Below, piece by piece: positions 11,463 through 22,764 of a DNA stretch of 48,946 bases. Under the pieces are notes generated by a model that worked only from the letters and a program-made list of their open reading frames with translations, ran no database searches and had not been told where the DNA came from. The stretch lies in NCBI RefSeq assembly GCF_006345805.1, contig NW_021831694.1:1-48946 (forward strand), written 5' to 3'. Position numbers and translations under genes: made by a program. Within the stretch, counting starts at the first letter, position 1, and each line of letters begins with the position of its first letter. The DNA comes from Octopus sinensis. Lineage: Eukaryota.

Positions 11463-11765
11463 GCTCTCCGTCGTTTACGACGACGAAGGTTCCAGTTGAC
11501 CTGATTAACAAAACAGCCTGCTCATGAAATTAACGTGCAAGTGGCTGAGCACTCTACGGATACGTGTCCCCTTAACGTAGTTCCCAGAGAGATTCAACGT
11601 GATACAGAATATGACAAGGCTGGCCCTTTGAAATACAGGTACAACTCATTTTTGCCAGCTGAATGGACTTTAACCACGAAAATTAAAGTGTCCTGCTTAA
11701 GGATACAACGCATCGCCGGAATCTAACTCTCGAGCGATCGCGAGCCGAATATCCTAAACACTAAG
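11463..11765 (-). mobile_element. SINE-D
   Basis: Revcomp has a tRNA-like head remnant, a core and tail gtacctgtatttcaaaggg..gaactacgttaaggg..caactggaaccttcgtcgtcgtaaacgacggag, homologous to 1790-1975. Confidence 0.7.
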
Positions 11766-11969
11766 TCATGTGTCTGCCTTTTTTTGGGAGGGAAGGGGTT
11801 AACCGTTTATAATAAAGAAGAAATGGCATAAGTTATGGCCTGTTTTGGAGTTTGAAAACGTACCTGACGGAGACTTTAGCAGTGACTTCATTGGAGTTCA
11901 TACAGCAAAAGAATCAAGTTTCTGATGGGTTACATAAAACGCAAAAAAATCTGACATAAAAGTGGTCCT

Positions 11970-12370
11970 AAGAATCTTTTCTACCCTAAGCAAAAGGCCC
12001 GAAATTTGTGGGGAGAGGACCAGTCGATTAGATTGATCCCAGTATGCAACTGGTGCTTAATTTATCGACCCCGAAGCGATGAAAGGCAAAGTCGACTTCG
12101 GTGGAATTTGAACTCAGAACATGCAGACAGACGAAATACCTATTTCTTTATACTGCTCACAAGGGGTTACACACATAGCGGACAAACAAGGACAGACAAA
12201 CAGATTAAGTTGATTATATCGAACCCAGTGCGTAACTGGTACTTATTTAATCGATCCCGAAAGGATGAAAGGCAAAGTCGACCTCGGCGGAATTTGAACT
12301 CAGAGTGTAGCGGCTGACGAAATACCACTAAGCATTTCACCCGTCGTGCTAACGTTTCTACCAGCTCACC
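11970..12370 (-). mobile_element. SINE-A dimer
   Basis: Two central blocks with the tail-B junction gacgaaatacctatttcttta; head revcomp ends ccagctcaccg. Confidence 0.88.
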
Positions 12371-12385
12371 GCTGGTTCTAATACC

Positions 12386-12527
12386 GATCGCACACTGGAG
12401 GACTTGGAGACACGGATTCAGAAGATTCTCAATCATATATCACATACGACGTCCTTCATAAGGTTGTTCATTCCATCCCCGGCCGTTTGAGGAAACTCGT
12501 TGACGCGACCGCTGCTTACGTTGAAAT
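12386..12527 (+). pseudogene. Tc1/mariner-superfamily transposase C-terminal remnant
   Basis: RTLEDLETRIQKILNHIS / VLHKVVHSIPGRLRKLVDATAAYVEI* (one frameshift), the typical terminal-helix pattern of IS630/Tc1-like transposases. Confidence 0.6.
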
Positions 12528-12619
12528 ATGAAGATTTACATTAATTTTTCCTTGTAATAAAGAACATGTATTATTTATTTCAATAAATTTGTAAACGGAA
12601 TATAGATTCTATAACCAAA

Positions 12620-12779
12620 TTGTGGTGAAAGAGTACAGCAGGGTTCGCTACCATCCCCTGCCGGAACCTCGTGAAGTTTTCGCTCAATAAACACTCACAA
12701 CATTCGGTCCGGGAATCGAAACCGCAATCCTATGACCGCGAGCCCGCTGCCCTAACCACTGGGCCATTGCGCCTCCACC
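12620..12779 (-). mobile_element. SINE-C 5' part
   Basis: Revcomp gtggaggcgcaatggcccagtggttagggcagcgggctcgcggtcataggattgcggtttcgattcccggacc. Confidence 0.85.
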
Positions 12780-12960
12780 ATCGTATCATAGTGGGGATTT
12801 AATCAAAGACTTCTTGGTTAATTAAATATTAGGAGATAATTTTTTCAAATATAGATAAGGTGGAAATATGCAACAATAAATATTTTCCGTGTTGCAGTTT
12901 GAAAATTTCAAATTTCTTTCACATTTTATTCTATATTTTGAATTACATATATATGGGGTC

Positions 12961-13276
12961 GTGGAGGTGCAATGGCCAAGTGGTTGGAGCAGCTGACTCG
13001 CGGTCGGAGGATCGCGGTTTCGATTACCAGACCGGGCGCTGTGTGTGTTTATTGAGCGAAAACACCTAAAGCTCCACGAGGGTCCGGTAGGGGGGCGTAG
13101 CGACCCCTGTTGTACACTTTAGCCCCAACTTTCTCTCACTCTTTCTTCTTGTTTCTTAGATAACGCTACGATGGACTGGCGTCCCGTCCAGCTGCAGGGA
13201 ATGCATACGCCATAGAAACCGGAAACCGGGCCCACGAGCCTGGCTAGGCTTGAAAAGGGCGCAAAATAATAAAAAA
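12961..13276 (+). mobile_element. Full-length SINE-C (tRNA-derived, tentatively tRNA-Arg-like) with 12-bp TSD
   Basis: A box tggccaagtgg, B box ggtttcgattacc; TSD atatatggggtc at 12949-12960 and 13277-13288; A-rich tail. Confidence 0.92.
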
Positions 13277-13880
13277 ATATATGGGGTCACCAAAATATTT
13301 TAAGCGCTTGGGTCCTCTGTGAGTCTTAATCCTGCCGGCCCTGTAGTCAAGAATAATGTATCTTGACGCAACAAACTAATAACTCCAGTTCCTTCAACTT
13401 GGATGTTTCTTTGGCAGCATTTGACTTTTATAATATAGCTGTCAGCCAATAACCCTGGCAGCCCCTCTCTTCCAGACCTATCTGATTATACAATAAAACA
13501 TTGGGAGTGTTAGCACTATAGAACATTCCGTATCTGTACAAGGCATGTGCTTGTAGTTGCTTCTTTAAAGTTTTTATCAATCCACAATGCTTTAGAGGTG
13601 CAGGAAATTCTTAGTTAATAGGTCAGGGGTGTAATACTGAATTTGGTAAATTCCTCGGAAACTGCCGCCATGTTATTTATAACATTCTTCGCAACTAAAT
13701 CTTCAAGACACACCTTTGTCTATTCAGTAGATACCTATTATGAAGGCGGAAACTCTAACCCTTCCTCACAACTCGAATAAATATGAAAACTATAATAAAT
13801 ATGAAAACCGCAAAACGTAAGGACCTTCTCTCAAAACATTTCCATGAAGAGCCTTATTGTTAGATAATTTACCTTTGCAG

Positions 13881-13916
13881 AGGAGAGTACAGTGTCCCGG
13901 GATGAAGAAGGAAAAG
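13881..13916 (+). CDS. Candidate 36-nt symmetric microexon
   Basis: ttacctttgcag|AGGAGAGTACAGTGTCCCGGGATGAAGAAGGAAAAG|gtaaat; open as (E)ESTVSRDEEGK (phase 1) or RRVQCPGMKKEK (phase 0). Confidence 0.3.
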
Positions 13917-14300
13917 GTAAATATATCCCGTTCATGATTATGTCTCAAGGGTGGGTCCAAGAGGGTCGGTTCGCCATAGGTTAGCAGATTAATGCATGGC
14001 GTTAGTTTTAGTTCTAAATATTTACGCTTTCATAGTTATTATGATTGAAAGGTGGTGGCGGTGGTCGTGGTGGTCGTGGTGGAGAGCGTGTGTTTCTTTC
14101 TCCGTGATATCTTTTCTACTGAATAAACAAATGTGAGATGTGAAGACTCGATAACGAAAAATTACTAATAATATGGCGGCAGTCTTCTAGGAATTTTAAG
14201 GTAAATTATTAGTTCTTGACCTTGCTAGTTCTGCAAAAGAAATAACCAGGCATGGGTCTTGAATGAAGACTGTTGCAATATTGTTGGTGAACCAGTCAAA

Positions 14301-14361
<61 letters not shown>

Positions 14362-14415
14362 AGTCTGTATATCTACCTGTACATATATATGGCTCTTTGT
14401 GTATGTGTGAATGTG

Positions 14416-14480
<65 letters not shown>

Positions 14481-14822
14481 ATACATATATATATGTGTAC
14501 ATATATACGTATAGTTACTTATACATATATACATATTTATACACACATGTATACCTATATACATATACATGTACACACACACACGTACACCCGTGTATCG
14601 GTTTACGTATGCGTTAGATGAAAATGGATAAATATGTGGTGTAGCTGGATACGTTTGTATGTGTATGTATATATATATACATATACATATAGATATCTGT
14701 GTGTACATATATATATATGTGTGTATATATATATGTATGTGTGTGTATAGATATATGTACGCACACAATGATTGTCTTAACACACTCACACTTATCATGT
14801 ATTTATATATACGTGTGTATGC

Positions 14823-14880
<58 letters not shown>

Positions 14881-14890
14881 GTATGTGTAT
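14301..14890. repeat. Compound microsatellite (TATC)n/(TA)n/(TG)n
   Basis: Direct. Confidence 0.95.
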
Positions 14891-15033
14891 ATGTAAAGGT
14901 GTAGAAAGTGTGGGATGTGGTGAGGGTGTATAATGTGACTGTAAATAGCAACACACGGTGTGTGTAATGTAAAATACGAATTGAGTATTCCGTGTATTTC
15001 CGCTCACCTCTTTAGGTATGTATAATAAAGGGA

Positions 15034-17050
15034 ATGGTGGTGATGGTGGTGGTGGTGATGGTGGTGTTGTTACTGGTGATGGTGGTGTGGTGGTGTTGGT
15101 TATGTTGGTGGTGGCATGCTGTTGGTAATGGTGTTGTTGATGGTGGAGGTGATAGTGCTGTTGTTGTTGTTGGTGGTGGTGGTGCTGCTGCTGCTGATGG
15201 TGGAGGGGTAATGTTGTTATTGGTGGTGGTGGTGGTGGTGGTGGTGGTGGTGATGGTGTTGTTATTGTTGTTGTTACTGGTGATGGTGGTGATGGTATTG
15301 GCAGTATATGTGTTCGTGTAGTATTTTGTGATGGCGACGGGAATGGAGTTATTGCCGGTGGTGATGGTGGTGTTAGTAGTAGTAGTAGTAGTAATAATGG
15401 TGGTGGTGGTGGTGGTGGTGATGGTGTTTGTAGTAGTGGTAGTGGTGGTGGTGGTTATGATGGTATTTGTAGGTCGGTGATGGTGTCGGTGTTGGTAGTT
15501 GGTTGTTTTTGATGTTTTCTTGGTGTTGTTACTGCTGGGGATGGTGATGGTGGTAGTGTTAGTGGTGGTGGTGGTGGTGGTGGTGGTGGTGGTGGTGGTG
15601 GTAGTGGTGGTGGTGGTAGTGGTGGTGGTAATGGTGGTAATGGTGGTGAGGGGATGGTGATGGTGGTAGTGGTGGTGGTAATGGTGGTAATGGTGGTAAT
15701 GGTGGTGATAGCGGTGATGGTGGTGGTGGTGGTGGTGGTAATGGTGGTGGTGGTGGTGGTCGTCGTCGTCGTCGTCGCCGTAGTCGTGATTGCGATTGTA
15801 GTACTAGTGATGTTGGTAGCGGTGGTAGTGATCGTGGTGCTGCTAATTGTAATGTATGATGACAGTGGTGGAGGTAATGGTGTTGGTGGTAGTAGTGTTG
15901 GAAGTGGAGGTGGTAGTTCTGATTCTATGATAGCAGTGCCGATGGTGGTGGTGGTGCTAGTAGGGGCACCACTATAACAATACTGGTAGTTATGCCGTGT
16001 TCGTGGAAGGGGGGTAGCTGGTAAGAGAGAGGAGGGAGACAGAGAGAGAGGTGGTGGTGGCGGTGGTGGTGGTTGTGGCGGTGGTGGTGGTGGTGGTTGT
16101 GGTGGTGGTGGTGATGGCAGTTGTTGTTGTTGTTGTTGTTTAGGTGGTGGTGGTGGTGACCGTTGTAGTAGTGGAGATAGTTGAAGTGATAGTGATGAAA
16201 CGGGTTGTGAGAGAGAGAGAAAGAAAGGGACAGAGAGAGATAGAGGTGAGAGGGAGGGTGAAAGTGAAGGAGAGAGGGGAAGAGAAGGAGTGAGAAGGAG
16301 AAGGAGAGAGGGGAGGGGAGGGGAGAGGAAAGGTGTGGTGTGAGGGGGAGAGGGGTGAAGAGAGGGGGAGAGGTGAAGAGATGAGGAGAGGTGAAGAGAG
16401 GGGGAGAGGTGAGGAGAGGGGTGAAGAGAGGGGGAGAGGTGAAGAAAGGTGGAGAGATGGGTAGAGAAGGTAGAGAGAGGGGAGAAGAGAGAAGGAGAGA
16501 GAGAGAATGATATGAAACATTGACTGTAGGGAGTGAGAAGTGAGCGAGATAGAGAGAAGGAGGAGAGAAAAAAAAAAGAGAGAAAGAGCGAGGCAGAGAA
16601 AGAAACAGAGTAAAGGGATAGCGGTTTAAGGTATGATACAAAGACAAAAATGGGCGTGAAGAGAGGGAGAGGGAGAGAGAGTGATTGAGGTGAATTGAGA
16701 AGGAGAGAGAAGGAAGGGATATAGATAGATAGAGAGGATTGCGTAGTGATATCAAATGGCGTGTAAGAGCAAAGAGAGAAAATGACAGAGACAGAGAGAG
16801 TCCGAGTGTGAGATAGATTAAGAGACAGAGAGAGAGGGGGAGATGGGGAGAAGGGAGAGGGGAGAGGGAGAGAAAATGAGAGGGGGACAGAAAGAGAGAG
16901 AGAGAGAGAGAATAGAAGAGATTGCAGAGAGACAAGATGGCAAAGCAGAGATAAAATAAGTTTCAGAACGAACAAGAAGGATGCGAAAGAAAATCTGCAA
17001 CAGAGAAGAGAAAAATGGAAATGCGAAAGAGACAACATAAAACAAGATAA

Positions 17051-17083
<33 letters not shown>

Positions 17084-17138
17084 GTCCCTCTGTCTGTCTG
17101 TCTCTCTCTCTCCCTCTCTTTCTCTCTCTCTCTGCCTG

Positions 17139-17187
<49 letters not shown>

Positions 17188-17190
17188 ACT
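15034..17190. repeat. Low-complexity block: (GGT/GAT/GTA)n, then polypurine (GA)-rich with an ~18-bp minisatellite, then (CT)n
   Basis: Direct; gagggggagaggtgaaga-like units at ~16345-16450. Confidence 0.95.
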
Positions 17191-17324
17191 CTCTTGTAAT
17201 CCGTTACTTGTTTCAGCGGTTCTCAACCGACTCCCATGAAACCCGTTGCTTCTTACTTTACTCAAGTAGACCCTTATATCCATTCGATGGCTAAAACGCC
17301 CTGTTATATTTTTAGAATTAAATA

Positions 17325-17500
17325 TCCTTTTCTACTCTAGGCATAAGGCCCGAAATTTTGAGGGAGGGGCCCAGTGAATTAGATCTAGCCTAGTGCGCAA
17401 CTGGTGCTTAATCTGTCGACCCCGAAAAGATGAAAGGCAAAGTCGACCTCGGCGGAATTTAAACTCAGAACGTAAAGACGGACGAAAAGCTGCTAAGCAT
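17325..17500 (-). mobile_element. SINE-A, 5'-truncated
   Basis: Central block and tail ttctactctaggcataaggcccgaaatttt. Confidence 0.85.
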
Positions 17501-17529
17501 TAGCAGGACCTAGTACAGGACCTAGTACA

Positions 17530-19070
17530 GAGAAATGGTCTAATAACAACTAAATGACCAACATTTCCATAAAAAGTAAAGAAAAAGAAAGCAATGCAGA
17601 TAAACAAACTGAAACAAATTAGTAAATTGATGGATAAATGAAAAACGAGTTGGATTACTTGACTAATTTTGAGGTAAAAGCAACCAGCTTTTATTTTTCT
17701 TGCCAAAACTTTATAACTCTAAAGAAATTCATAATAGCTTTAAGACCTCTATACACCATGTGTAAAATGTCCTAAATCCTCAGATTTTAAATTTCGTCCA
17801 ATAGTCTCAGGGCCAACATTAAACACCCAAGGATTATGCAATTTACCTGACATAATATTGAAACCATTGAGCAAATTTGTCACAAGTTTCATCAAAGATG
17901 ACATGCACTTCATAAAGCATGTTCCGGTAAGAGTAGATAAAACGGTGATCCTGGTTAGTTTCAAAGTAACCAGCCTCTACCCAAATATTCCTTATGGATT
18001 AGAATTTGAAGCAGTAGAATTCTGGATAGGCAAATAACCACATAGAACTCCGGAGAGATTCCCAAAAGAATTTACTCTAGAAGGGTTACGAATGGTACCA
18101 GAAAAGAACTACCTCTTTGATAACCAATATTACCTACAAATATAAGGGGTGACAATGAAGAGACGGCAATGAGAACAAAATTCGCACCAATGTTTGTGAT
18201 ACTGAAAATGAGATTCCTGAAAGGGAAATATTTCCAAACCTACGTTATAGGAAACTTGAAAAGATTCCTGGATGATTGCTTCATATTTCAGGACAAACGA
18301 AATGAGGACCTTACAAGATTCCTTAAATTAATAAATAGCATTCGTGAATCGATCCAGTTCATTATGGAAATGAATGAAAACGAATTTCCTTTTGTGGACA
18401 TCCTAATAATTTTTTAAAAATGAAAGTTACATCCGATCTCTACTGCAGCGACACAGATAGATACCAATATTTAGATTTTGGACCTCGTCACCCATCACAC
18501 ACTAAAAAGAACATTGCATTTAATATAGCAAGGTGTATATGTTCCATAGTTACGGACACAAATAAATGAGAGGATCGACATGTATAACTAAACTAGCAGT
18601 AACGCCCGGCGTTGCTCGGGTTTGTAAGGGAAATAACTATATAAGCATTTTTAGAGAGTTATAGCCAAAAAATAGCAAAAAAATGCATTAAAAATGGAAA
18701 AAAATTATGGTAATTTTTTTTTAATCGTAGACTCATCGTAGACATTTTTAGAGTTACTTCCCTTATATAATAGCGAAAAAATGCATTAAAATGGAAAAAG
18801 ATGATGGTAAATTATTTTTAAAATCGTAGACTCATCGTAGACGCGCGCTAATACCCAGAAGGGCTCGATATGAATCACGACTATAAGATACCCGGTTTTG
18901 GTTACACTGCACCGCAAAATGTGGGAGTAGTTAGGAATCTAAATCGTAGGAGACAGACACACAACTTGACTTTTATATATAAAGATATATTCTTTCAAAA
19001 TCATAAATATCGCCAATATTCATTAAATCTTACCATAACCTAAGCATAAAAAAGAAATTACTGAGAAACC
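17530..19070 (+). pseudogene. Penelope-like element reverse transcriptase remnant, split by a Helitron
   Basis: FKFRPIVSGP, ILVSFKVTSLYPNIP, AMRTKFAP, KRFLDDCFIF, IQFIMEMNENEFPFVDILI, YQYLDFGPRHPSHTKKNIAFN: PLE RT and thumb motifs with stops and frameshifts. Confidence 0.88.
18593..18985 (-). mobile_element. Non-autonomous Helitron, 393 bp
   Basis: Minus strand A|TCTTTATATATAAAAG ... cccgagcaacgccggg hairpin ... CTAG|T; AT target, no TSD; internal ~110-bp direct repeat ending atcgtagactcatcgtagac. Confidence 0.88.
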
Positions 19071-19458
19071 CTCGTGATGAAAGCTTAATTAAAAATCGTT
19101 ATGTATTAACATAAACTACAATATATTTGGTCGTAAGTTTCCAATAGGATTAAACACGGGTTTATTAGATTTAAGCTGACAACATCGAAAAATTAGAATG
19201 TAATTTGGACGGAATAAACGTTACATAGAACTTTCGCTCAATAACCCGTTTTTATTAGTTTTCTGGTAGATTTGTATATCTTCCATATACAAATACACTA
19301 ATACGTGCGTGCGCAAGCGTATATAAAAACCACATAGTTTAGTAAACATTTTCTGTTTCAACTAGGGAGTCGGAAGCTGAAATGATAGATGCGGAGTGTG
19401 AGGTTATATATAAAACTACACACAAACACACACACAACAACACAGCACGTGTGTATAG

Positions 19459-19490
<32 letters not shown>

Positions 19491-19559
19491 TGATATTTCG
19501 GAATGGTCATTTGCACAACAAATATTTAAACGTATATATAGATATATATATAATATATA

Positions 19560-19603
<44 letters not shown>

Positions 19604-19619
19604 CACCAAAAGACAAATT

Positions 19620-19830
19620 AGCCATTAGATATATATACACATACATACATACATACAACGGGCTTCTTTCAGTTTCCGTCTACCCAATCCATCCACTAAC
19701 AAGGCTTTGGTCGGCCTGGGGCTCAGTAGAAAATACTAGTCCAAGTTGCCACGCAGTGAGACTGAACTCAGAACCATGTAGCTGGGGGTCAAAAACATCT
19801 TAGTACACTACTACCCCTGTGCGCGCGTGT
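19620..19830 (-). mobile_element. SINE-B head
   Basis: Revcomp of the SINE-B 5' half (gggcttctttcagtttccgtctac...gccacgcagtgagactgaactcagaaccatg). Confidence 0.8.
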
Positions 19831-20046
19831 GTGTGTGTGTGTGTGCGTGTGTGTGTGTGTGTGTCAGTGTGTGTGTATGCATACAAAGAGATGGGAGAGA
19901 AAATGCGAAAACAGATGGGAAAAGAGGAAGCGGATAAAAAAAGGATGCACTTTTGAGCATGCACGTGAGGTTCACGTAAGTTTCACAATCTATAACTTCG
20001 AGTTTTTCGCTGACAATCTGAAGTTAATTAATAAACACTTTATCAA

Positions 20047-20220
20047 CAGAAGTGGCTCTGTGGTAAGTAGCTTGCTTACGAACCACATGGTTCCGGGTTC
20101 ATTCCCACTGCGTGGCACCTTGAGCAAGTGTCTTCTACTATAGCCTCGAGCCGACCAAAGCCTTGGGAGTAGATTTGGTAGACGGAAATTGAAAGAAGCT
20201 TGTCGTATATATGTGTATAC

Positions 20221-20295
<75 letters not shown>

Positions 20296-20543
20296 TGTGT
20301 GTGTGTGTGTTTGTGTGTGTTTGTGTGTCTGTGTTTGTCCCTCCCCCCAACATCGCTTGACAACCGATGCTGGTGTGTTTACGTCCCCGTAACTTAGCGA
20401 TTCGGCAAAAAACATCGATAGAATAAGTACTAGGCTTACAAAGAATAAATCCTGGGGCTCGATTTGCTCGACTAAAGGCGGTGCTCCAGCATGGCCGCAG
20501 TCAAATGACTGAAACAAGTAAAAGAGTAAAAGAGTAAATGAGA
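20047..20543 (+). mobile_element. Full-length SINE-B: tRNA-like head - internal (TA)/(TG)n - LINE-type tail
   Basis: A box tggctctgtggt, B box ggttcattccc, (TG)n ~20230-20330, tail ggcggtgctccagcatggccgcagtcaaatgactgaaac with (gtaaaaga)n end. Confidence 0.92.
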
Positions 20544-21350
20544 GTTTCGAAAAAAACTAATTCTGATTCATTTATAATCATAACAGAAATTCCATCGTAT
20601 AATCGTCAAAAATACCGTTACAAACGTATAGTGTGCAAAAAAGTATTCGGTGCTTAAGACACAAACAACATAGCGCCCAGGATACAACCTATCATTACAG
20701 AACACGCATCAAATTACATACCTGGAAATGTTCCTTGTATCTTTGTTTCGCTGAGAAATTCGATATTTTCTAAAGAAGAAATCCAAATTTGTGATTTCCT
20801 GCAGATAATATAATAAATGTTTGTTTAAATGTTTTATATTTCCTACTAATGTAATTCTCTTCTTCCGGTAGTGTAAGTAACGGAAATCTTTTTAATCTAA
20901 TATTAATTGTAATATTCCAAAGTAAATATTATATGCAAGTAGGCTCCCTTGCATAGCATTTTAATAAAATTTTTCAAGAATTATTTTTTGTAATAAATAT
21001 TAATTATATATTTTTGTGTGGGTATGACAGCTAAAATTTGATTATTGTTTAGTTTTCAATATTTTTTGCAAGCTTTAAAGAATTTTCAATTATAAATTCC
21101 GTTCTCTCTTTAAAATAAAATTGTCTGTTATAATTATTAACCAATTAGAACTTGTCTGCTTTTTTCTAAATTGTTTACTGTAATGTGGTGTATCTGAAAC
21201 CGTAATTATAATTTGGGCCTTGAGTACAAGACGATAGAAATATAACCCGATGATACCAGCGAAAACCAAAGAAATCGTTTTACTTGGATAACAGTTGCAT
21301 TATAACAATCGACAGAACGATAAGGTCTATATTATAAGAATCGGCAGAAG

Positions 21351-21401
<51 letters not shown>

Positions 21402-21619
21402 ATATTATATTACTGAAACCAGTAAAAGGTAAAAGATACATAATATAATTATATATATCTATATAGATATACATAAATATATATGTATGTGTGTGTATCT
21501 GTATGTGTTTATCGATGGCCAATTGTTGTCAATAAGCAATTATTAACTTCATAATTTCCAATTTTTTTCTTCTTTTAAATGGATATAAGTATATGATATA
21601 TATATATAATAGATATATA

Positions 21620-21722
<103 letters not shown>

Positions 21723-21924
21723 TATATTGTTCAGCATATTGGCAAAGAAAATCTTTACTTTTTGCCCTTATTTATAATTGTATTTAAAATTTCACCCTAA
21801 AAGGTATTTTTCATATGCTGACCATTGATAAATGTTTTAATAAAATTTAATCTTTATATTAGAATTATATTGTGCGTATATATATACACACACATATATA
21901 TATTATATATATATATATATATAA

Positions 21925-21964
<40 letters not shown>

Positions 21965-22172
21965 TATATATAATGATAAATATCAAATTGAGATATATTA
22001 CAGTAGCGGTAACACATCGTGACGTGTTTTTGCCATTTCAATATGGCTAACCCCTAAGGGTGGATGCTACTGTAGTTTTTTAGCCCCAGGAGGACACCAC
22101 TCCTCCAGCTGGCATAGACACACTTTCTGTGTCCTGTCAGTATTTGCAAAGGGAAGTCATCCTTCCCGTCTT

Positions 22173-22242
22173 CAACTTATGATACACACGGACTCGAGTT
22201 TCGAGGTATTGACCTCTCGTCAGCGTGTGACAATCATAGTTG
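22173..22242 (-). ncRNA. Type I hammerhead ribozyme motif (dimer-type helix III), copy 1
   Basis: Exact reverse complement of 22466-22535. Confidence 0.85.
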
Positions 22243-22465
22243 TCGGCGAGAACATAGTTGTCCTCCTGGGGCTAAAAACTACAGTAGCATCCACCCTTAG
22301 GGGTTAGCCATATTGAAATGGCAAAAATACGTCACGATGTGTTACCGCTACTGTATATAACTCACTTTGATATTTATCATTGTTTGATTTCACTTTTTCA
22401 ATATCAGCGACAGTGGACGCTGGAAAAAGTATAAGTATTTGTGAAGGAAATCTAATTCTCGCCGA

Positions 22466-22535
22466 CAACTATGATTGTCACACGCTGACGAGAGGTCAAT
22501 ACCTCGAAACTCGAGTCCGTGTGTATCATAAGTTG
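22466..22535 (+). ncRNA. Type I hammerhead ribozyme motif (dimer-type helix III), copy 2
   Basis: Helix I cacacg/cgtgtg extended by atgat/atcat and caact/agttg; CTGACGA 22485-91; helix II GAGGT-caat-ACCTC; GAAA 22506-09; helix III AC-tcga-GT; GTC cleavage triplet ending 22517. Confidence 0.87.
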
Positions 22536-22688
22536 AAGACGGGAAGGATGACTTCCCTTTGCAAATACTGACAGGACACAGAAAGTGTGTCTATGGCCAG
22601 CTGGGAGGTGTGTCCTCCTGGGGCTAAAAACTACAGTAGCATCCACCCTTAGGGTTTAGCCATATTGAAATGGCAAAAATACGTCACG

Positions 22689-22764
<76 letters not shown>

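Noticed and set aside
12961-13035. tRNA genes at SINE heads (also 12710-12779, 20047-20120, 40577-40650, 46880-46945)
   Set aside because: A/B boxes are present, but there is no complete acceptor stem or Pol III terminator and each runs into a SINE body.
15455-17189. Long ORFs (527, 336, 126, 123 aa) resembling mucin/extensin/formin-like proteins
   Set aside because: They are translations of (GGT)n and (GA)n tracts, which lack stop codons by composition; no domain or splice support.
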